The notes beneath the pieces were generated by a model. That model was not told the DNA's origin. It did not search any database and saw only the letters and a list, made by a program, of their open reading frames with translations. Shown piece by piece: positions 1 to 23,872 of a stretch of 64,000 nt of DNA. The stretch comes from the human T2T-CHM13v2.0 reference genome, Homo sapiens. A program made the position numbers and the translations under genes. Location of the stretch: the NCBI RefSeq assembly GCF_009914755.1, contig NC_060946.1. One strand, given 5' to 3'. Numbering within the stretch: the first letter of the stretch is position 1; every line of letters starts with the position of its first letter.

Positions 1-1045
<1,045 letters not shown>

Positions 1046-1048
1046 GGG

Positions 1049-4590
<3,542 letters not shown>

Positions 4591-4919
4591 TGCACTGCAG
4601 CCAAGCACTGCAGCTCAAACTCGTAATCCCAGCCATTTAGGAGGCCAAGGAGAGAGGATCACTTGAGCCCAGGAGTTCAAGGCTGCATTGAGCTAGGATG
4701 GTGCCACTGCACTCCAACCTGGGGGACAGGGCAAAACCCTGTCTCAAAAAAAATAAAGATTTTAAAACTTAAAATAAATAAATATTTAAAGTTTCCTGCC
4801 AGGAATGTTTTCTAAGAAAATACCTAGAGGATCTGCAAAGGAACAAAAATGATCATGCTCCCCTGGGAACTGTTTTTGATAGGGAAAGGGACACACTTCA
4901 GATCCTTGCTGAAAGGAAA

Positions 4920-6040
<1,121 letters not shown>

Positions 6041-6751
6041 CAGGACTGTGTACGTGAATGTGCCATGCAGTGTCAGGCAGCCATTCAAAATGACCCCACA
6101 CTGCCATCATCAGTGGCAGGCGAGGCTCTTTGCTAAGCAAAAACAGCAGTTTAGAGAAGAGAACACACACGGTGCAAAGCCCAGAGGTGCCACATGGCTT
6201 CCTGCAGGGTTGCCATGAGTGCACTGGCTCAGCAAACGAAGCTCCTGAAATTCCAGACGAGGTGGGAGATGGGTTTCGGGGTGTCTGCAGCTTTGCCACA
6301 GATAGGAATGCTTTCTAGAGGAACTTCATCCTCGGTTCGGGATTCTTTGCTGTGGGAGTTTGGCTGGACATGAATTTGAGTGACGTCCGTTGGCCTCATG
6401 GCACCTCAGGCACAGAGATAGCCAAGTAGACAAGTGGAATCTTGCGCTGTACCTGAACCTTCCAGAAACACAGCCTACAACCTGTGACCACGAGATGTGC
6501 CACCAAAAAAGATGGCAGCTGAAGTTAGACTCCGCCGGCCCCTTCCTCCCTGCCTGGCTTCCTTGCGTTCCTTGAGTGCACTCAGAGCTCCACTCCCTGG
6601 TTAGCAGTCAGGCCTCAGCTACGGCGCTGCCTCAACTCTGTAAAGTTCTGCACGTAGCTCCTAGGTTCTGCAGGGGGTGATTTTTGCTCTTGTCCTGAAG
6701 AATAACAACAGCATTTTAACAAGTGTTTGAAATAAAGATGGCACACATTTA

Positions 6752-7730
<979 letters not shown>

Positions 7731-7865
7731 AAACCCTGGGCAATATACACCTAATTGTTCTTAAAGTTATTCCTTTAGGGATGTGTCATAAGTAGTTTTT
7801 TCACCTTTTTACATACTTTTGCTGTTGACTGGACTATATACAGAGAACAACATGCCTATTATGAT

Positions 7866-8284
7866 TAGGGTTGCAGATAAAATACGGTACAATCAGTTAC
7901 ATTTTAATTCCAGATAATAATTTTTTAGTATATGTACGTGCTGTGCACTTTTTTTTTTTTTTAGACAGAGATTCGCTTTTGTCGCCCAGCCTGGATGGCC
8001 CAATCTTGACTCACTGCAACCTTCGCCTCCCGGGTTCGAGCGATTCTCCTGCCTCAGCCTCCCTGGTAGCTGGGATTACAGGAGCACGCCACCATGCTCC
8101 GCTAATTTTGTATTTTTCGTAGAGACGGGGTTTCACCATGTTGGTTAGGCTGGTCTGGAACTCCCAACCTCAGGTAATCCGCCCACCTCGGCCTCCCAAA
8201 CTGCTGGGATTACAGGCGTGAGCCACCGCGCCCGTCCGGTCCCACGCAATTTTGTATTTTTATCCACCAAATCTGGCAGTCCCA
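7866..8284. mobile_element. MER53-like hAT MITE interrupted by an Alu (-, ~7950-8237)
   Basis: Ends AGGGTTGCAGATAAAATAC... and ...TGTATTTTTATCCACCAAATCTGGCAGTCCC resemble the palindromic MER53 termini. Confidence 0.65.
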
Positions 8285-8399
8285 GCTATGAACACAAGCT
8301 CCAAATGCCTTTCCACCCATGGACCCTCAGACAGAACCAAGGCCACCGCAGCCTGGAGCAGCTGCCGCCCCCACCCTTCCCAGCGCGTTCCCTTAACCC

Positions 8400-10400
8400 C
8401 CTTGCGTTCCAGCTCCCCCGGCTCCAGCACCTTCGTGACCTGAGCACCGGCGGGCTCCTGCTCACTGTCCAGCACCCGACGCACCTGTCCCCGCCGCGCA
8501 GTCCCTTCCCCCCGGCCTGAGCTTCCCTCCCGGCGCGCACTGCCCTTGTGACCCTTTCCCTCCCCGGCCACAGATGCAGCTCTCGGCCAGAAGCTCCACT
8601 TCCCCGAGGCCCTCGCCCCTGCCAGGCAGCTCCCCTGCGGCGTCGCCCACCCAGAGTTCTCCCCCTGGACGCTCCCTCAGTGCCCCCCTAGCAGCCCCGG
8701 CGGTCTTCTCCCCACCTTCAGCCCCCTCCCCGGTCCCCCAGGAAGGGGCCAGACTCCAGCTCAGCACCCAGCGCTTCCTGGTCTTTCCCTTCTGGGCGCC
8801 CTCCCGACAGTTCCCTTTAGGGAAGTTGGCCCGCTGCGCGCTCCCACCCCCGGCCGCCGCCTGGACAGAGGCGCGCAATCCGGAGGGCGCAGGCTCCGGC
8901 CCGGAGAAGGGGGTGCCGCCGGCGTTCCGATTTCTCAGGAATGGGGAAACAGAGGCACGGTGGATCCGGCGGCGGGGCTGGGTCTGGGGCTGGACGTTGA
9001 CCTAGGACCCCGCCCCTGCCCGCCCTGCGCCGCGCCCCTCCCGGGCCGGCCTTGACCGAGCAGCTCCACGCGGGCCCGGGGCTCGTCCACCCGACAGGAG
9101 CGGGGGGCTGCAGCCCACGAGCCCACGAGCCCGCAGCGACGCACCCGGAGTGTAACCTCGCAGAGTCACGGAGACACTTTCCCGGTGTGGGCGCCTCGCC
9201 GCGCTTCCTCCCCGCGGGCTGCGGCCACCCCAGGGCAGGACAGAGCCGAGATGCCCGGGTGGGAGCGATGCCCGCGTGGGGGCGATGCAACGGGGGAGAT
9301 GCCTGGGGGGAGGGTGGTAAGGTGAAACCTGGTGGAGAACAATGGGGGTGGGTGGGCGATTCCTGGGGAGGTGCCCGGTGGGGGGTGTTTCTGGTTCGCC
9401 CGGGGACAGTGCGCGTCCCCTCGCCCGCGGCGCCCGCCCTGCCCGTCCCACCGAGGTCCCCCGGGAGCGTCTGGGCCCACGGCTTCGGGGGGTTTCTCCG
9501 AGACCTGGGCGCTGTTCTGGGGGAGCAGGGGCCCGGGCCACCAAGGTTCGTGCGGACCGTGGGGTGTCCCACGCCCAGGCTGGGGGATCCCAGAGCCCCG
9601 CTTCCCTCAAGGGCGCCGCGCCCCGGACTGCAGGTGGAGACGGGGACCGGCCCCGCGGGGTCGCCGACAGGCGCGGGGCGGGACAGGGTGGGAGGCGGCG
9701 GGGCGCAGAGTCCTCCGGTCGCCGGCGCGATCCGGGCACCTTCCTGGAGGCGGCGGGAGCGCGGTCGCGGCGCCTCCGGGGTGGGGTCCAGGTTGGAGGC
9801 TCCGGGGCGCACCGCCCTAGCCCCACCCCGGCCGGGTCCCCGCGCTGCCTCTGCGGAGAGGGAGGAAGGAAGGAAGGCAGGGAGGGAGGGGACGGCCGGC
9901 AGGCGTGGGGTCCGCGGCGTCAGGGCTCCTTCCTCCCGTCCGCTCCATCCTGCAACCCGTAGCCCGGGCGGGGTTCGCTGCCCCCTCCCCGAACACAGCC
10001 GCCTTTTCCTCCCTCCCCAACCCCGAGCGCCTCCCTTCCCGAATGCGGGAGTCCATAGTGCACGGGAAGCCTCTTCCCCTCCCCACCGAGGCTGCCCGAC
10101 GCCCCTTCCACCCTCCGACCCCCCGCAACCATCCCTCAAATGCCCCGGCGGCCAGCAGGGCTGGGGTGGGCGCAGGAGAACCAGGGGTCCTGCCCGCATG
10201 CAGGGGTTTGGGGTCGGTGTGGCCGAATGAACGCGCGGGTTCAGACGAGCCTGTGATGCCCCCGCTTTCCATCTCCTCGCGACCTGGCCCCAGAAGACAG
10301 TCTGAGAGGCCGGTGGCCGCGGATCCTGGACGCGCTTCCCTCCTGCCTGTGGTTTCCCTTTATTCCGGCAGCGCTGTGAGTCCACCCTTCACTTATAGGA
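8400..10400. promoter_or_regulatory. Upstream CpG island (orphan promoter/enhancer candidate)
   Basis: ~2 kb repeat-free, very GC- and CpG-rich; GC boxes (CCCCGCCCC ~9008, GGGGCGGG ~9675). Confidence 0.8.
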
Positions 10401-12348
10401 GCCACATCCAGAACCTTCTCCTGGGGCCACAGCGTGGGCTTCCGATACCTGTGTGACCCCAGCTCTGCCCCTTCAGGGCTGCGTGGTGAAGCCCTCAGGA
10501 CCCTCCGCGTGGGTTGGGCGGGTGACGTGGATGAGGGACAACGTGGTGAGGTCCCCGTCGTGGCGAAGAGTGACCAGTAGGTGCCCAGGGCCCAACCCTC
10601 CTCTGCACCCGAGAGAAACCATCTCCTCTGCAGCAGCCCCCACCTGGACGCTCTGGAGTCCTCCCCACCTCCCTCCCCAGTGGGGCGCACAGCATTCTTG
10701 CTACCCTGAAAGGCAGATGGGAGGCACAGGGTGGCAGAGGGGGGCCAGGTCTGAGATTCCAGATGGAAGGGACCATGGGGCTCCACCCCACCACCACTGT
10801 AGGCAGGGGACTGGCAGGTGTACACCCTTACTCCCGCGGGGCCCAGGGACACAGCCACCCTCCTTTGAGGCCCTGGCCCTCAGGACCCTGCCACAGCGAG
10901 GTCTGTGCCTCCCCAGTGACCAGTGGTCACCGGGCTCGGGGTCACCCAGCTGCTTCCACATGTGACACCATCAGCTCCATGCCCTACCCCCAAGCTGGGC
11001 TCATAATCTTAATTCACAGCTAAGAAACTCAACCAAAGTCACATCACATGAGGGCGAACCCTCCAGGGCCACAGTGCTCCAAGCACGGAGGGCTCCCTGC
11101 CTTCGGAAGATGCTGTGGGTCCACCTGCAGCCTCAGTGGACAGAGGACCAGGGCACCAGCTGCTCTTCTGCCTCAGTGCAGAGCATCCCTGACTCGCACT
11201 GCCCTGTACAGGTGGGGCTCACAGTCTGTGCATGGAACTCAGATAAAACACCTGGCCCTGGGATGTCACACTTTGGTTCAGATGAATGAAAAAATAAGAT
11301 ACTGACACTCTGGATGACTAAGAATCGACTTATGTCTTTCCTGTGATGGGAAACTGTCCCATGAAAAGCCACTTACATGTTTGGATGGTCCTGTAGAAAA
11401 TATTTTTTCTTCTCCTTATCGCACTCTCTATGATGCATAAGAATGCAATTTAAGACAAACAGCAAATAAATACCATCTGTGTATGTACCAAGCACTTGCA
11501 GACTGAAAAAAAAAAAAGAAAAAGAAAAAATAAGATATTGTATCTTGGGCACACAGAAAGTGCCCATCAAAGATTAAATGAATGGACTGCAGCTGGTGGA
11601 GGCATGGGGTACTGGCTTGCCGAAACAGTCCCAGTTGATGCTGGGTCCTGGCCCCATGATGTCTAGTGTGCCCTTCCATGCTCCAGGGTGCCCCATTTGG
11701 GCACTTAGTCCAAGGGCCACCCGACATACAAAACAGTATCTTCCTGTGAGGGGCCAGAGAATAGGCCGCACCTGGCTGCCCTGCACAATTTGGAAGGCAC
11801 TAGGAGGGACCTGTCAACCTGCACTCACTCACTCACCGGCAGTCCCCTTTGGGAAGAGCTGTTGCTCTTTGGCCCCAGGAATCTTCTATTTCTGCACGAG
11901 TGCCAGGCAATTGTGGGGCCCCATTAACCTACTCCACAAAGCGTAGGGGGCCTTGCTCTCGGCACTGGGCATGCTCCCTCAGCACATACAACAAAGAAGT
12001 CCCCCCTCCCACTGATTCTAGCAGGAGGCTGTTGGGGGGCAGTCATGACACAGGCATATACAGTGTGTCAGATGTGTCAGAGCCCGGAGAGGGGATGAGG
12101 AGAGCGCAGTGTTACTTCCTAGAGCATGGCCCCGGAGAGCCTCCCACTATGCTGACATATGGGCAGCCGTCTGGGAGCTTGACACTGGCAGAGGGGAAGA
12201 GCAGTCCAGGCAGACAAGAAGTCAGTGCGAAGACCCCAAAGCAAGCATCAAGGAGGCTGGGGGCTGCTGCAGATCTGATGAGGGGATGGCAGGGGCAGAG
12301 CAGGCCTGAGAACACTGGCCTCCACTCTGAATGAAACAGGGATCCCCA

Positions 12349-13139
<791 letters not shown>

Positions 13140-13199
13140 TAATTCTCCCCCAACCTCTTAAAAACGAGAAAAGCATTCTTAGCTCAGGCACCATAGAAA

Positions 13200-14800
13200 A
13201 CCCGGCTGCAGGCTGGACGTGGACTTTGGAACAGTCGGCGTGCGGGTGAAGGGGCACAGCCGCGGGGCAGGGGCGGGCTCCGGGCAGAGGCGGCCGTGAT
13301 AACTCCACGCTCCCGCTCCAGCCGGTGACCGCCACGCGGGCTCCTCTCACTCTCACACTCAGGCCGAGAAAATGCCGAAAGCCGTGTCACCAACGGGGGA
13401 CCTCGGGGCCACATTCAGCATGCAGAGTTTATTTGGTCTGCTCAAACATTTGTGTTAGGAAATAACACATTAAAAGTGCACATTTCCTTCAGACCCTGAG
13501 AAGCGGGCGAGTCCCGTGCGCTCCGCACCGCCAGCCCCGGCCCCGCGCTCGCCCAGAGGGCCGCCCTCCTCCCGCCGACCCGGCTTGGGGCTTAGGCGTT
13601 AATCCCGTCCCCCGGGGGGGCCGCGCGGGGAGCCCCGATCGCCTTAGGGTCAACGGCTTAGGTCCCAGCCCACGAGGCCTGACCGCACCGCACTGAGCGG
13701 CCTCTGCGCCAGGTAAGGGGGTTCGGGGCGGGACCGGGAACCGCGCTGCTAGCCGTCCCGGAAACCCGCGGTGGGCCGTTGGGTGCGCGCCGAGCCGCTG
13801 CCAACTGCCAAGCCACGGGACGAAACCAAGGCGCCCGCGCCCCGCCCAGCCAGAGCGCCTAAGCCCTTCCCGTCGCCCGCCAGCGCCGGAGCGCCCACTG
13901 CGCCTGCGTAGTTTGCCCTCCTGGACCCGGGGGCGGAGCCGAAGCGCGCATTGCGCCTGCGTCTTCCGCCCGACCCCGCCCCAGCGGCCGGGCCTCCGGC
14001 GCTCCGTCCTCCCGCCCGGCCAGGGACGAGGCGGGGCGGGTACGCGGACACTGCGCCTGCGAGAGTAGGCCCCGCCCCCGATCGGCCCCGCCCCCGGCCA
14101 GCCCCGCCCCGCGCCGCGCGGGGCCCTGGGAGGGGCGCAGCGTCCGGCGGCGTCGCGGGCGGCGGGCGGCGGGGCCGCGGGAGGGGCGCGGGGGCAGACA
14201 AAGCCGCGGTAATGAATGGAGCGTCCGCCCGCGCCGCCGTCGTCCGCAGCCGGCCGGGAGCCGCCCCAGAGGCCGGGCCGAGGTGAGTGCGCGGGCGCCG
14301 CCGCCCCGCCGCCTGCCGCGAGCCCCGTCCCCCGCGGACCGCGCCGGGGCCGGGCCGGGCCGCGCCATTGTCTGCGCCGCGCCGGGGCCAGGGCCGGGGC
14401 CAGGCGGGCGGGGGCGCGGTTCCGTGGCCTCGGGGTCCCCGCCCGGCGCCGCCCCGGACCCGCCCCCGCGCGGACCCCGGCCCTGACAGCTGGCGCGGGG
14501 GCGGCGCCGACTGAGCGGCCGAGTGCCGGGGGTCGGCGCCCGGCCTGGCCCACGTGCCCGCGCCGTTGCTTCCGGGCGGACGGGACGGGGCTCGGGCTCG
14601 GGGCGCCGCCCGGGTCCGCCGGGAGCGCGCTGTCCCGGCCACGTCGAGTTAACCCCGCGAGCCCCGTCCCTGGGACTTCTCTGGACGTGTCATTCCCGTC
14701 CCACCTCCAGGAAGGGCCACCTGGGCCCTGCTTCATGTCTCAGCCCAGACGGGTCCTTGCGACGCGCCCCGAGGCAGGTTATTGTACGTGGTTCTGGGGA
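13200..14800 (+). promoter_or_regulatory. ZBED4: ZBED4 CpG-island, TATA-less promoter
   Basis: Dense CpG; multiple GC boxes 13930-14110; three NRF1-like TGCGCCTGCG motifs (13899, 13952, 14052); spans exon 1 and its donor. Confidence 0.85.
14142..14282 (+). other. ZBED4: ZBED4 non-coding exon 1 (start approximate)
   Basis: Consensus donor GAG|GTGAGT at 14282/14283 just downstream of the GC-box cluster; two-exon gene structure and TSS position from recall. Confidence 0.75.
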
Positions 14801-16918
14801 TGACCGTTCACATTTAATGAATAAAAATGTAACTTGCCTTGCGAACCATAATTTCAAATGTTTTTCGACTGCAGTGGTTTTCCTACACCCAAATGAGCTC
14901 GCAGTCAGTTTTGTTTCTTCTTTTGTCCCGTTGTGTGGCCCACACCGCCTTCGTTGCTAAGAGAATCGCAGCCCCTCGGGCTCCCTTCTGCGCCTTTCTA
15001 TTCCGGGTGGCCCTGGTAGACCCGGGCACCTCTATGGAAACACGTCCCGGCCAAGCTGAGCCGTCAGAAGCTTCTGTTGGTGTTCTCGTGTTGGTCGAAA
15101 GGGAAGTTATTTATTTTGAAGTTAACTCTGATCAGATTACGTTTTTAGAAATCCATTCAGACCTCATAGTGAGGCCAGTTTGGTAAAGCAAGGGCATCCT
15201 GCGACTTTTTACACAGAAATGTTTTTTATTTTTTCTGTGTATGTCATTCATAGTGACAAAATTGAGGCTAGGAAGGATTTGGTTGGGATTTTTTTTTAAG
15301 TGCTATGAATAAGCCACATTTTGATTATGAATTAATTGCAATTACTAAACAAAGTTACTTTGCAAGAGGAAAGTTTACAGGAGTTTGATTCCATACTCCG
15401 AGGGTTTCCAATGGGACGTCCGTACAAGGCTGCACACTTCCCGTAGTCCTTAAACGGATTATATCTGCTTGTCATGATTGGCTTTTTTTCAAGAAAAGAT
15501 CTAGCACAAGTTAAGAGAGATTCTGTGAATCTTGAAAAAGCTTCAGAGGCCCGGTCTTTGAGGTGAGGACACAGTTAATCTATATGGAAAGAAACCTAAG
15601 ACTTTTAGTCCACTTGACAGGTGGTTACAGGGTCTCCCCCAACACACACTCTTGTCCAGGTAATTCCTGAATAAGGTGGTTGATGTTGTTGGATGTAAAA
15701 CCTCTGCTCTTTAAGGTTACCTCCTCCCCAACCCCCTCCACACACACAGTGAGTAACTCAGCTGTGCAAAGTATGCCCATAACACCTTGCAGAAAGACTA
15801 AAAAAATTACTAGGGGAGCGGACTGACTTCTGTGTGTGTGCAGAGGAGCTGAGAAGCAGCTTCTTTAGCGAAAGGTGTGTGTGTGTGTGTGTCTCAGATC
15901 CTTGGTGAGGAGCCCTGGGGAGTGGACTCCTGGCGGCATGAGGAGCAGGAAGTGACCGTGGTCAGTGCCGTCCTTCACTTTGTTTTGCGTTTTTTTCTTT
16001 GCCTGGCTTTAGCTTCTGGTCTCATTCTCTTTGGTGTGGTGGTTGTCTTTTGAGAGGAGGGAGCAGGTGAAACAGCTGGGCGTGGCTTTGCCCAGCCCTG
16101 GGGTAGAGGCCAAGCTGGCCCTTCCTTACCAACGTTGTTTCCTTCACTGTTTAAATCTCAGGACCTGAGAATGTACCTATAGGAATTGCTCTTATTTACA
16201 TTTGGCTGTGTAAGAAAGTCACTGTGCCTTTAGCCCGTGACACCCCTTAGCGGTTTGGTTTTGGCTTTCTCTTTTAGTGTCTGTGGATTCCAGCAGCTCT
16301 CTGGCTTCAGCCCTTTCAAGGGTTCGGGCCTCTCTGCATCCCAGCCTTCCAGGCCCTTCTGCTCCCCACTTTTTAGCACCTAGGTTTTTCTACATTCTGC
16401 AGTACCTCAGATCCCTTCCTTGGTCATCACTGGATATGTGCTTTTGTAGTTCAAATTCTGGGAGGCATTGTTAGGAATAAAATAAGCTCTTTGCCATTTC
16501 TGAGGCGGAGGGGAGCAGGAGAGACAGAGGTGCTTGCCTCTCTGCCTGCTGGGGCCATGGTGGTTTTCAAAGAAGGCCCTGGCCGTAGGGAACATGGTGG
16601 TGGTGAGGAGCAGCGTAAACCAGAGAAAAAGGCTCAGTAAGTGCTTCAAGGAGAAACACCGGCAGGTGAGAGCAGGGGTAATCCCAGTTTCTCAGGAAAG
16701 CATGCTCCGGAGACCTCATAGGGAGAGGAGGTTGCCCTGAAGGGTCTGGGGGCGATGGCGGAAGCCCCAGGAGAGCATTGTCCATGAGGTGCAGAGGCAG
16801 CCTCACGGCATCCCAGTGCGTACCTCCTGCCCGGCCCAAGCGCCTGCTGCTGAAGCCGCCTCCCAGCTCCCCCGGGTTGTTTCGGAATTCAGGGGACATG
16901 CAGCCTAAATGACCCACA

Positions 16919-17104
16919 CTGGAATCCTGGCCGGCTTCCCACCCCTCGTTCTAGGTGAAGGCCGCGCTGGAATCCCGGCCGGCTTCCCACCCCTCGTTCT
17001 AGGTGAAGGCCGAACTGGAATCCCGGCCGGCTTCCCACCCCTCGTTCTAGGTGAAGGCCGCGCTGCAATGCCAGCCAGCTTCCCACCTCATTCTAGGTGA
17101 AGGC
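16919..17104. repeat. 48-bp minisatellite, ~3.9 copies
   Basis: Unit CTGGAATCCCGGCCGGCTTCCCACCCCTCGTTCTAGGTGAAGGCCGCG starting at 16919, 16967, 17015, 17063. Confidence 0.95.
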
Positions 17105-17794
17105 TTTTCAGCAGCCATGGCCCATGTCTTTCCCAGCAAACTCTGTGTGCAATAGAAACAGCTGATGCTGGCCTGGCCCTGGGGATGGGGTTGTGACTGC
17201 TGCAGCCCCCTACCTGATTAGGGTCGGGAGGACCTGGCCCCCCGCCCTTCCTGCCTTGCCACCTCCACAGACAAACCCTGAGGGGCTGACTTCCTCCAAA
17301 GCTGCTCCTCATCGAGGCCCACCTGGTGGTCTCTGCTCCACCTGTTTGCTGCAGGGAGCAGGGTCGGGAGCATGTACATTTCGGAGAGCTCTGGTTGCTC
17401 CGTCATAGAAGCCATGCTCCACATCCTGTAAGTGAGAGACTCCCCAGCAGCGTTCAGCCATAGCTGCGATGTCAGGCCTGTCACTAGTGGGACTGCCCGG
17501 ACCCCCAAGGTATGGGTACACGGCGAGGGTGCTGGTGTTAAATACAGGGGACCCACAAAACCACCTAGCAGAACAATCCACATGACCCTGTCGTGTGACC
17601 CAGAACATTTCAGGGATGGAACACGGACCAGCTGACCTTAGCGTGGTCGCTGGCTTGCTCTGGAAGGTGCCGTTTCCAAGACGCCCTTACCTGGGTTCCT
17701 GAGCACGTCTGACAGAGCAGCTCTGACTCCGGGTTTCTGGAGTCAGACCCCTTGCCACTGTCTTTGACCTTTAGCTTTGGGTTCCCCTTCTCAG

Positions 17795-18398
<604 letters not shown>

Positions 18399-19942
18399 CC
18401 CTTCTCAGTTTAGCCCAGACCTGGATGTTGGCTTCTGTGTGGGCAGCTGTTGTGAGCCATGGCTCCTGCTGGAATTTGTGGCAGTTGATGCTGCTGTGCA
18501 CCCCCAGAATAGGTGAAGGCTACTCAGGTGTAGCCCCGATGGTAGTTTATGTCCTCAGGAGGAGAAACTGCCATGTCCCCGTCTGAACCAGGCCCGGAGT
18601 CTTGATGCATAGCTCTTTGCCTCCCTGGGTATACTCGACAGCTTGTTGAGAGTGCGTGTGCTCTGAGTTGAACACAAATATATTTCTGTTGTTTGAAGGT
18701 TATTATAAAGTTTCTAACTTACAGAGTTGGCACTCCTACGTCCCTTGCCCCCAGCTGGAGCTACCGTGACTGCCACCAGCTGCCACCTGGCACGTGCTGA
18801 ACTGTCTTGAAGGAAACTGCAGATATCTGGACACTTCTCTAAGTGTTCTTTCTCCTAAGAAAGGGAAAGGGACATTCTACTGTCTAATGACAGTCGCGTC
18901 ATCGATGGCGTCTACAAAACGTGACTGTGTCCCTTGGCGTCATCCAGTAGCCAGTCCACGGTCTGAAGTTGTCCCCCAACGTCTTTACTAGCTGTTTTTC
19001 CCAACCAGAATCGAGTACAGGGCCACGTGTCACAGTGGCTGTGAGGTCTCTTTGCGTTCCGGTGCCCCCGGAGCACCCCCTGTGATCTGGCGGTGGGAGG
19101 CCTGATTTGATACAGGGGCACGTTTGGGGCGCAGGTGATGCTGTGTGCTGCACTGTGGGCGGAGGCTGTCCCATGAGGACGGATGCGACTTTGCTCACTG
19201 GCCCTTTAAATTGTGTCCCTGCCCCCCACAGTTGGCGAGTTAGATGAGGGGGTGTCTCGGGGTGTGTGGACGCTCTGCTCCCATCAGACCTCCACATGCT
19301 GTTTGCTGGTCTCCCCAGAACCTGTGGGCAGCGGCACCTTGGCTTTAGTATGCTGTTGTTCTTTTTTTCTTTATTTTTGTCTGTGTTTCCCTTCTTTGTT
19401 ACCTCTTAGAAAATGCTGAGTTCTTTCTCTTTATTACCAATTCTTAGCGGAAGATGGTCTAGTAGACACCTCTGTGGGGGCAAATTTTTACTTTTCCTTT
19501 GTCTTCCTTGAGTATCAAGGTGGACTAGTGGATTTTATTTATTCCATGTCATAATCTAGTAAAGCCTTTTGTTTTGTGATGCTCAAATAGCTATAAATGT
19601 GACTAGTTGGGAGCCCCTTCCAAGCTGGCCCCTGTGTCCTTTTCACTCCGTACGTGGTCCTGGGAATGCATCCTTTCTGGCCCAGCGTCCCAGGCTCACG
19701 GTGATGTCTTTCCCAGGCCTGCGTCAGCTGCTTCTCCAGAGCGCCTGGGTTCCTTTTAGTGCAGAAAGCCATCTGGACACCGAGGTCCAGGCCATAGACG
19801 TAGTCATTGTGCTTGTCTGTTATTGCTTAATGCCCTCTTCGCGGACACAGCTAGAAAATATGTATTTAAAACATTGTGAGTTCAGTCAATTTGAATTATA
19901 GTTAAAATTAATTTTAATTTTCATTAAAATTATGTAGTTTTG

Positions 19943-20520
19943 CGGGGTGTGGTGGCTCACACCTGTAATCTCAGCACTTTGGGAGGCTGAGGTGGGGAGA
20001 CCACTTGAGCTCAGGAGTTCCAGACCAGTCTAGGCAGCGTGGCAGAACCCCATCTTTACAAAAACATACAGAAATCAGCTGGGCATGATGGTATGTGCCT
20101 GGAGTTCCAGCTACTCAGGAGGCTGAGATGGGAGGATCACTTGAGCTCAGGAGTTCCAGACCAGTCTAGGCAGCATGGCAGAACCCCATCTTTACAAAAA
20201 CATACAGAAATCAGCCGGGCATGATGGTATGTGCCTGGAGTTCCAGCTACTCAGGAGGCTGAGGTGGGAGGATCACTTGAGCTCAGGAGTTCCAGACCAG
20301 TCTAGGCAGCATGGCAGAACCCCATCTTTACAAAAACATACAGAAATCAGCCGGGCATGATGGTATGTACCTGGAGTTCCAGCTACTCAGGAGGCTGAGG
20401 TGGGAGGATCACTTGAGCCTGGGAGGTTGAGGCTGTGGTAAGCTGCAATGACGTCACTGCACTGCTGCCTGGGCGACAGAGTGAGACCCTGTATCAAAAA
20501 CAAAACAAAACAAAACAAAA
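19943..20520 (+). repeat. AluJ-like element with an internal 136-bp tandem triplication
   Basis: Three near-identical 136-bp units (~19983-20417); ORF track shows identical peptides at 20039 and 20175. Confidence 0.93.
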
Positions 20521-20753
20521 AATACATATATATAGTTTTACTTAATTTCTTTGATTCTTAAATTATATGTTATTCTGAAAAATCTTAATAATATCATTGG
20601 CCTTGTTTTGTGCTAAAATGTGCATACAGTAGGTTGTAGAATTACAATACCACTCCTGTAAGAAAACTGCTTAGTTAACTTTGCAGGTTTTTGTTGAGTT
20701 CTTTTTGTCCTTAGTTATCTTCCACTTTGGATGAATAAAGTGCTGTATTTTAA

Positions 20754-23872
<3,119 letters not shown>

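Noticed and set aside
8817-10385. 522-aa (-) and 392-aa (+) ORFs in the upstream CpG island
   Set aside because: Pro/Gly/Arg/Ala-rich and open in several frames on both strands, as expected from stop-codon scarcity at very high GC; no recognisable domain
13489-14803. 415-aa, 297-aa and 195-aa ORFs over the ZBED4 promoter
   Set aside because: Same GC artefact; the + ORF runs through the exon 1 donor
16261-16670. Strong acceptor TTTCTCTTTTAG at 16277 as a cassette exon
   Set aside because: No convincing nearby donor or coding signal; such sites are common in long introns
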